The translations under genes and the position numbers were made by a program. A model generated the notes under the pieces. The model was given only the letters and a program-made list of their open reading frames with translations. It was not told the origin of the DNA and made no database searches. Shown in pieces: positions 50,345 through 56,103 of a stretch of DNA of 64,000 bases (positions are counted from its first letter, which is position 1; every line of letters begins with the position of its first letter). The stretch is from Cyanobium sp. (lineage in GTDB: Bacteria > Cyanobacteriota > Cyanobacteriia > PCC-6307 > Cyanobiaceae), in the NCBI GenBank assembly GCA_044345855.1, contig JBIJAG010000002.1:60715-124714 (forward strand), in the 5' to 3' direction.

Positions 50345-50390
50345 GCATGGATGAGATTCATTCATGCTGGGGTGAGCGGCGCCCATCGGT

Positions 50391-50400
50391 GGGGGGGGGG
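50391..50400. repeat. G10 homopolymer tract
   Basis: gggggggggg read directly, between the manC 3' end and the antitoxin 5' end. Confidence 0.95.
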
Positions 50401-50468
50401 CGGTGCCGCTCGCTCTTGGGGGTGAGGGTCGATGCTTGCCACGGTCCCCGAGGTTGCGCGGCTCTGGC

Positions 50469-51917
50469 TTACTTCACCGCCGCCACATCGGTGCGGCCGT
50501 AGCGGTCTTCGAAGCGCACGATGTCGTCCTCGCCGAGGTAAGTGCCGCTTTGCACCTCGATCAGTTCCACGGGAATCTTGCCGGGGTTGCGCAGGCGGTG
50601 GCGGGATCCCAGGGGGATGTAGGTGCTCTGGTTCTCGCCCACCAGTTCCTCGACGCCGTTCTTCTCCACCAGGGCGGTGCCCTTCACCACCACCCAGTGT
50701 TCGGCGCGATGGTGGTGCATCTGGAGCGAGAGGCTGGCTCCGGGCTTCACCTCGATCTTCTTCACCTGCCAGCGATCCCCTTCCACTACGCCGTCGTAAT
50801 GGCCCCAGGGGCGGTAGATGCGGCGGTGGGCCTTGCTTTCCGGGGCCCCCTCCCGTTCGAGGCGCCCCACGATCGCCTTCACCTCCTGGGCCCGGTCGCG
50901 GTGGGCCACCAACACCACGTCGTCTGTTTCGACCACCACCAGATCCTCCACGCCGAGGCCCACCACGAGGCGGTGTTCACTGCGGAGGTAGCAGTTGCGG
51001 GAGTTTTCGCTGATCACCCGGCCCCGCAGTACGTTGCCCGCCGCATCCTGTTCCCCGGTTTCCCAGAGAGCGCCCCAGCTGCCCACATCGCTCCAGTCGG
51101 CATCGAGAGGGAGCACGGCGCCGCGGTCGGTTTTTTCCATCACGGCCACATCGAGGGCCACATTGGGACAGTTGGCGAAGGCCTCCCGCTCCAGCCGCAG
51201 GAACTCGAGGTCGGGGCTGTCCTGGTCGAGGGCGGCGCGGCAGGCGCTCACCACCTCCGGCGCCAGGCGCTCCAGCTCCGAGAGGATGGCGCTGGCGCGG
51301 AAGAGGAACATGCCGCTGTTCCAGGTGAAGCGGCCGGTGGCGAGGAAGGCCTCGGCGGTGGCCAGATCGGGCTTCTCCACGAAGCGGGCGATCGGCACCG
51401 GCGCTTCGGGATCGAGGGGCTGGGCGGCCTCGATGTAGCCGTAGCCCGTTTCCGGCGCCGTGGGCACGATGCCGAAGGTCACCAGCCGACCGGCCTCGGC
51501 GGCCGGGATACCGGCGGCCACGGTGGCGCGGAAGCGCTCGGGGCTGTTGATCACATGGTCGGCCGCCAGGATCAGCAGCAAGGGGTCGGCGCCGCTGGCG
51601 GTGGCCTGCAGGGCGGCGATCGCCACGGCGGGGGCGGTGTTGCGGCCGAGGGGTTCGAGGAGGATGCCGGCCGGCTCCACGCCGATCTGGCGCAGCTGCT
51701 CGGCCACGATGAAGCGGTGATCCTCGTTGCAGATCAGCAAGGGGGGCGCCAGCTCCGGCAGGCCCTCCAGCCGCAGTTGGGTCTGTTGCAGCAGGGTGTC
51801 ATCGCCCTGGCCGGCCAGGGGCCAGTATTGCTTGGGATAACTGGCGCGGGAGAGGGGCCAGAGGCGGGTGCCGGTGCCGCCGCAAAGGATCACCGGAACC
51901 AGGGGGGAGGGGGCCAT
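50469..51917 (-). CDS. manC: Mannose-1-phosphate guanylyltransferase / mannose-6-phosphate isomerase (bifunctional type)
   Basis: PVILCGGTGTRLWPLSRASYPKQYWPL, FVEKPD and a C-terminal cupin (RPWGHYD...SLQMHHHRAEHWVVVKGTA...IPLGSRHRLRNPG). Confidence 0.9.
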   Translation of the reverse strand: MAPSPLVPVILCGGTGTRLWPLSRASYPKQYWPLAGQGDDTLLQQTQLRLEGLPELAPPLLICNEDHRFIVAEQLRQIGVEPAGILLEPLGRNTAPAVAIAALQATASGADPLLLILAADHVINSPERFRATVAAGIPAAEAGRLVTFGIVPTAPETGYGYIEAAQPLDPEAPVPIARFVEKPDLATAEAFLATGRFTWNSGMFLFRASAILSELERLAPEVVSACRAALDQDSPDLEFLRLEREAFANCPNVALDVAVMEKTDRGAVLPLDADWSDVGSWGALWETGEQDAAGNVLRGRVISENSRNCYLRSEHRLVVGLGVEDLVVVETDDVVLVAHRDRAQEVKAIVGRLEREGAPESKAHRRIYRPWGHYDGVVEGDRWQVKKIEVKPGASLSLQMHHHRAEHWVVVKGTALVEKNGVEELVGENQSTYIPLGSRHRLRNPGKIPVELIEVQSGTYLGEDDIVRFEDRYGRTDVAAVK

Positions 51918-52094
51918 GGCTGCCGTGGCGTTTGCTCAGGGACGAATCGCGATCCCATTCAACCTGAGCTGGAGACGGCCGATGGCACCAGCGGGCACCT
52001 TGGGCCACCGGATCAGGCTCGATCGGCTTGGCTGCGGCGCCTGAGCGGCGGTTTAGGGCGGGTCTCAGGCGGGGAGATCGGTCCCCGGCGAACC

Positions 52095-52808
52095 TCAGAG
52101 CTCCAGCAGCCCGGGCGGTGGGGTGATGCCGATCCAGCCCTCGGCCAGGTTCACCACCGGCACGATCGCCTCCACGAAGGGGATCAAAAGGCGGCGGCCA
52201 GCTCCGCCCGGGGTCGCGGCGCAGAGTTCCACCTCCAGCAGGTCGTTGCCGGCGTGGATCAGATCGAGCACCCGGCCGATCACCGCGTCCGCTCCGCCTT
52301 CGGGGTCCAGGTTGGCTGTGCCGCTGTTCTCCGCTTGTTCCCCCTTATGCGCTTCGCTGCCAGCGCTGGCCCCAGCCGGGGCGCCGATGACCCCCGGCGG
52401 CCGGCCCCCCGCCAGCAGCCGCACCTCCAGCCCCACCAGATCAAGCAAGTGGAATTCGCCCGGCTCCAGGGGGGGGCGATCGGCGGCGGGCACCAGCAGC
52501 TCGTGGCCCACCAGGGCTTCGGCGGCGTCGCGGCTGTCGATGCCGGCGATGCGCACCACAAACAGCTCCCTGCCGGGCAGTTGGCGGCCGCTGCGGAGCT
52601 CCACGGGCTGGGCAGGCCTGCCCTTGGCCTGCAACCAGCGGGGGCCACGGCGGGTGAAGCGTTCGGGGAAGTCGGAGAGGGGGAGCACCCGCAGCTCACC
52701 ACCCAGCCCCTGGGCGCCCACCAGGCGACCCACCACGAGCAGCTCGGGCGGCGCAGCCGTGGCCACACCAGGGGCGGCAGCCGGTTGGGGTGAGGCGGGA
52801 TCGGCCAT
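52095..52808 (-). CDS. rimM: 16S rRNA processing protein RimM
   Basis: [55 protein letters not shown] and a PRC-barrel end ([13 protein letters not shown]). Has a roughly 40-aa low-complexity insertion. Confidence 0.85.
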   Translation of the reverse strand: MADPASPQPAAAPGVATAAPPELLVVGRLVGAQGLGGELRVLPLSDFPERFTRRGPRWLQAKGRPAQPVELRSGRQLPGRELFVVRIAGIDSRDAAEALVGHELLVPAADRPPLEPGEFHLLDLVGLEVRLLAGGRPPGVIGAPAGASAGSEAHKGEQAENSGTANLDPEGGADAVIGRVLDLIHAGNDLLEVELCAATPGGAGRRLLIPFVEAIVPVVNLAEGWIGITPPPGLLEL

Positions 52809-53027
52809 GGGGCGGCTTCGGAGGGGTTAATTCAGACGGGTGATCCAGGCGGGTTGATCCAAGACAAGCCCTTGCCCATGGATTCAACCGTTGGGTTTCG
52901 GATCCTGGATTCGGCGCCCAAACGGCCAGCCTGCGCTGCGATTCTGGGCCATCCCCTCGATGGAGGCCGACCAGGTCGCAACGATGGGGGCGCAGCGCGC
53001 CGGCGGCGGACGCGGCGGGAGGTCCGT

Positions 53028-53063
53028 TCGCAACTGCGCCCACCCCGATCGCAACTGCGCCCA
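53028..53063. repeat. 15-bp perfect direct repeat x2 with 21-bp period (TCGCAACTGCGCCCA)
   Basis: Copies at 53028-53042 and 53049-53063, in the rimM/ndhS divergent intergenic region. Confidence 0.9.
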
Positions 53064-53161
53064 ACCGCTCGCTGCGGAGCGGCTCGGATCGATGCAGGCG
53101 CCGGTCGGAGGCGCTTGCTCCGATAATGGCGCCAGCCCGTCCCCCACCCCCGCCGTCCGCC

Positions 53162-53350
53162 ATGGCATCCGAGTCTCCTGCGCTGATCCTGCCGGGCACC
53201 ACGGTGGTGGTGAATGATGCCGGCTCCATCTACAACGGCTACCGGGGCTTTGTGCAGCGGATCAGCGGCCGCCGGGCGGCGGTGCTGTTCGAAGGGGGCA
53301 ACTGGGACAAGCTGATCACCGTTCCCCTGACCACCCTTCAGGCCGTCTGA
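53162..53350 (+). CDS. ndhS: NAD(P)H-quinone oxidoreductase subunit S (NdhS)
   Basis: ILPGTTVVVNDAGSIYNGYRGFVQRISGRRAAVLFEGGNWDKLITVPLTTLQ matches the SH3-like NdhS pattern (..VQRI....AVLFEGGNWDKL..). ATG at 53162. Confidence 0.85.
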   Translation: MASESPALILPGTTVVVNDAGSIYNGYRGFVQRISGRRAAVLFEGGNWDKLITVPLTTLQAV

Positions 53351-54140
53351 TTGCGGCTAAGGCGGCGCGGGCCGCCTGCTGTTCGGCTTCGCGGCGGGAT
53401 CCACCCCAGCCCTCGCCAGAACAGATGACGACGCCAGTCGCAGGCGTATCACATCCGCAGTGCACCCAGGCGCGGAAGCGGAGTGGATCGCCGTGGCGGC
53501 GGCTCATCTCCTCGCAGCGGTAGTGGGGAAGCCCCAGCCCGCGGCCCTGGCTCCACTCCTGCAGGGCCGTTTTCCAGTTGTGGCGGTCAGGATCGGCGAG
53601 CAGCTCGGCGCTGGTGAGCTCCCAGGCCGGCTCCAGCCAGCGGAGCACCAGCTCCAGTCCGCCCCGGCTGCCGCCGCCCAACCGGTAGAGGGCGCCCACG
53701 AGGGCCTCGCAGCATTCGGCCAGCACGGTGGCCCGGCCGCTGGCATCGCCGAGGGCCACCGGCCCGAGCCGCAGCAGGGGGGCCAGCTCGATTCGGTCGG
53801 CCAGTTCGGCCAGCCAGCGATCACTCACCAGCTGGGCCCGCAGGGCGGAGCGCTGCCCCACGCTGAGGGAGGGATGGCGGCGCTCGAGGAACTCGGCGGC
53901 GGCCAGCCGCAGCACCGCATCGCCGAGGAATTCCAGCTGTTCGTGGTTGCGCCCGCGGCCGGCGGAGGTGTGGGTGAGGGCCTCCTCGATCGGGGCGAGG
54001 GCCGTGGCATCGGCCTGCAGCTGGCCAGCGCCGGTCGGCTCGCCGCCGGCGACGGGATCGAGCCCGAGGCTGGCCAGGAGTGCGGTCAGCTGCTCCAGGC
54101 GCTGGCCGCTGATCGGGGGTAAGCGGGACGCCTGGCCCAT
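53316..54140 (-). CDS. rnc: Ribonuclease III
   Basis: ALTHTSAG...NHEQLEFLGDAVLRLAAAEFL (RNase III signature), ECCEALVGALY and a C-terminal dsRBD (NWKTALQEWSQGRGLGLPHY...GEGWGGSRREAEQQAARAAL). ATG at 54140. The 3' end overlaps ndhS by 35 bp. Confidence 0.88.
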   Translation of the reverse strand: MGQASRLPPISGQRLEQLTALLASLGLDPVAGGEPTGAGQLQADATALAPIEEALTHTSAGRGRNHEQLEFLGDAVLRLAAAEFLERRHPSLSVGQRSALRAQLVSDRWLAELADRIELAPLLRLGPVALGDASGRATVLAECCEALVGALYRLGGGSRGGLELVLRWLEPAWELTSAELLADPDRHNWKTALQEWSQGRGLGLPHYRCEEMSRRHGDPLRFRAWVHCGCDTPATGVVICSGEGWGGSRREAEQQAARAALAAIRRPEGWSGER

Positions 54141-54166
54141 GGCGGCGGCGGACGATAGGGAGGTGC

Positions 54167-54403
54167 GTGCTTCATCCTCTACCCGGCGGGAGCCCCCCGC
54201 CCGTTTCCGCCCTCGATGCCCAGGGCGGCAATCGCTCGGCGTCGGTAACCGAGGCCATTCAGTGCTGGCTGCGCCGCCGCGAACTGAAGCGCCTGCAGGA
54301 GGCCTGTGGCCAGTTGGCTCAGATCCAGGGGGGTGACCTCGACCACGCCATGGCCGATGGGGCAGCCATGGGCACGGCTGTGCTCCAGGGTCTCGATGGC
54401 TGA
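54167..54403 (+). CDS. Putative RHH-type antitoxin (N-terminus atypical)
   Basis: GNRSASVTEAIQCWLRRRELKRL resembles the second helix of CopG/RHH antitoxins. GGAGG lies just upstream of GTG at 54167. The stop overlaps the toxin ATG by 8 nt. The beta-strand region is not convincing. Confidence 0.4.
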   Translation: MLHPLPGGSPPPVSALDAQGGNRSASVTEAIQCWLRRRELKRLQEACGQLAQIQGGDLDHAMADGAAMGTAVLQGLDG

Positions 54404-55466
54404 GCAAGGGCGGATCTACCGCTGGGCCCGCAACCGCAGCCTGGGCGATGCCAAGGCCAGGCCGGTGATCGTGATCGCCCCCGATGCGGCCACCGCTGTG
54501 TTGGAGCGCTGGGTGGTGGTGCCGATCAGCAGTGATCCCCGGCTGGAGGCCCATCCCCTGGCGGTGCCGCTCAGCCCTCAGGAGGGGAGTGGCCTGGAGA
54601 GAACCAGTTTCGCCATGAGCTGGTTCGCCATGAGCTGGCTGCCCACCACCGTGCTGCGCCAAGAGCTACAGGGGCCGATCGGCCGGAGCGCCCCTGAGGT
54701 GGTGCGCCAGGTGCTCCTCACCATGGCGCGTGCCCTCGATCTCTCGATGCAGGAAGCCTGGAGCGAAGCTGGAGCAAAGCTGGAGCGAAGACTGCGGCAG
54801 GAGCAGCGAACGCCTGAAGCGGGCGCCAAGACGGTCTATCGCGGTGCGACCGGGCGTGGCTGCGAAGGCAGAGCGGATTGCAGGAACCCCGGCCGGCCTC
54901 CCGAGCCAGGCCGCATCGAATCAACAGGATCAAGAGGTGGAAAGCAGCACATAAGCCGGGTTCTGTTCACCGCCACCGGGCCCGGGGGCTTGGTGGCGGG
55001 GGTGACCATCTGTCTGGGACCGCCGTTACCGGCGGCCTCGAGCGGCACTGGGGGAACGGAACGGGAACGATGGCCAACCCTTGTTCCGCGGGCCGAAGCC
55101 CTGGCCTTGCTCCCGGCCGGGGTTTACCGAGCCGGCACCTCTCGATGCCGCTGGTGCGCTCTTACCGCACCCTTGCACCCTTACCTGTGCGGCCGGCGGA
55201 CCGAGGTCCATAGGCCGCCATCGGCGGTGTGTTTCTGTGGCACTGTCCTCACGGTCGCCCGCACCGGGCGTTACCCGGCAGGCCTGGACATCGGGGAGCC
55301 CGGACTTTCCTCAACCGGCCGGAGCGCCACCGTGACCGAAGCCCGGCAACCTCCACCGATCGCGATCACCTCGGCTGCTTTCCAAGGAACAGATTACCCA
55401 GCGGCTGAGAGCTTGAATCCAGAAAGGCGGGCCGGCAGCTCTAGGTCGGGCTACCGCTGGCGATAG
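54396..55466 (+). CDS. PemK/MazF-like toxin; the formal ORF lacks a nearby stop and reads antisense through rnpB
   Basis: The first ~120 codons fit the MazF fold pattern (GRIYRWARNRSLGDAKARPVIVIAPD...WVVVPISSDP...PLAVPLSP..GSGLERTSFAMSW...LQGPIGRSAPEVVRQVLLTMARAL). Homology ends near 54750. The remainder is considered read-through. Confidence 0.5.
   Translation: MAEQGRIYRWARNRSLGDAKARPVIVIAPDAATAVLERWVVVPISSDPRLEAHPLAVPLSPQEGSGLERTSFAMSWFAMSWLPTTVLRQELQGPIGRSAPEVVRQVLLTMARALDLSMQEAWSEAGAKLERRLRQEQRTPEAGAKTVYRGATGRGCEGRADCRNPGRPPEPGRIESTGSRGGKQHISRVLFTATGPGGLVAGVTICLGPPLPAASSGTGGTERERWPTLVPRAEALALLPAGVYRAGTSRCRWCALTAPLHPYLCGRRTEVHRPPSAVCFCGTVLTVARTGRYPAGLDIGEPGLSSTGRSATVTEARQPPPIAITSAAFQGTDYPAAESLNPERRAGSSRSGYRWR
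54609..54638 (+). repeat. 15-bp in-frame tandem duplication inside the MazF-like ORF
   Basis: ttcgccatgagctgg repeated twice, giving FAMSWFAMSW. Confidence 0.95.
54758..54790 (+). repeat. 11-bp tandem repeat x3 (CTGGAGCGAAG / CTGGAGCAAAG / CTGGAGCGAAG)
   Basis: Read directly, immediately 3' of the MazF-like homology region. Confidence 0.95.
54935..55386 (-). ncRNA. rnpB: RNase P RNA (bacterial type A)
   Basis: The minus strand contains GAGGAAAGUCCGGGCUCC (55295-55312), CCUGCCGGGUAACGCCCGG, GGGUGCGGUAAGAGCGCACC and ACAGAACCCGGCUUAU. The P1 helix is GGAAAGCAGC (5') paired with GCUGCUUUCC (3'). Ends are +/-10 nt. Confidence 0.85.
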
Positions 55467-55478
55467 GCTGGCAGCCAT

Positions 55479-55552
<74 letters not shown>

Positions 55553-55582
55553 TTGGGTTTCCAGGGATCGGCCTTCCCTGCT

Positions 55583-55620
55583 GTGCCCAAAACGTGCCCA
55601 AACCGGGAGTGGTGCCCAGA
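55583..55620 (+). repeat. Three direct copies of GTGCCCA(A/G)A next to the tRNA
   Basis: Copies start at 55583, 55594 and 55612. Confidence 0.8.
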
Positions 55621-55872
55621 CTTGGCTTGCCTCGGCTGGACAGAGCCGCTAAGCTTCAACTGGAGCATTAAGAGGTCGTCGACGCCTGGCCATTCGCTAG
55701 CACCCACCGTGAAGGTCGGGTCCGGTAGCTAGGCCACATAAAGGCACGGGACTCTCTCCCTAGGCAGGCCGACCTGAAGGCCCCTGCTCGTCGAGCACGC
55801 CTTCAGGAAACACCGGCGCCACACAACAGCACCCCTACTCAGCCCGTTTGCGGGCTTTGCTGACGTTTGGCC

Positions 55873-56103
55873 ATGCCTACCACATTTGCCCATTGGGCGA
55901 GCTCCCGCTCCGCTGCGGATGCGCTCGCCGTCTCAGAACGCACCTTGCACCGCTGGCGCACCGCCGGCCTACTGAAGCCCGGCATCCACTGGCGCCGGAA
56001 GTTTCCGGCAAGCAACTCACCGTTGCTCTACGACCTCGCAGCGGTTGAGGCCGTCATGCGCGAGGCCGCCGCACGCTCCGCTGATCTGCTGGAGGTGGCA
56101 TGA
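55873..56103 (+). CDS. AlpA/excisionase-type HTH DNA-binding protein
   Basis: SAADALAVSERTLHRWRTAGLLKPGIHWRR is a MerR/excisionase-like HTH. ATGA overlap with the following replicase gene. ATG at 55873 (TTG at 55867 is in frame). Confidence 0.65.
   Translation: MPTTFAHWASSRSAADALAVSERTLHRWRTAGLLKPGIHWRRKFPASNSPLLYDLAAVEAVMREAAARSADLLEVA

Noticed and set aside
54141-54662. N-terminal 174-codon extension of the rnc ORF (ORF-track 53316-54662)
   Set aside because: The extension is His/Pro/Gly/Arg-rich with no RNase III features. It overlaps the TA pair on the other strand, and a canonical start (MGQASRLPP...) exists at 54140.
54800-55466. Treating the whole 357-codon MazF-like ORF (54396-55466) as a real fusion protein
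   Set aside because: The part beyond about 54.8 kb is exactly antisense to the conserved RNase P RNA and has no protein-like features. It is better explained by loss of the stop codon.
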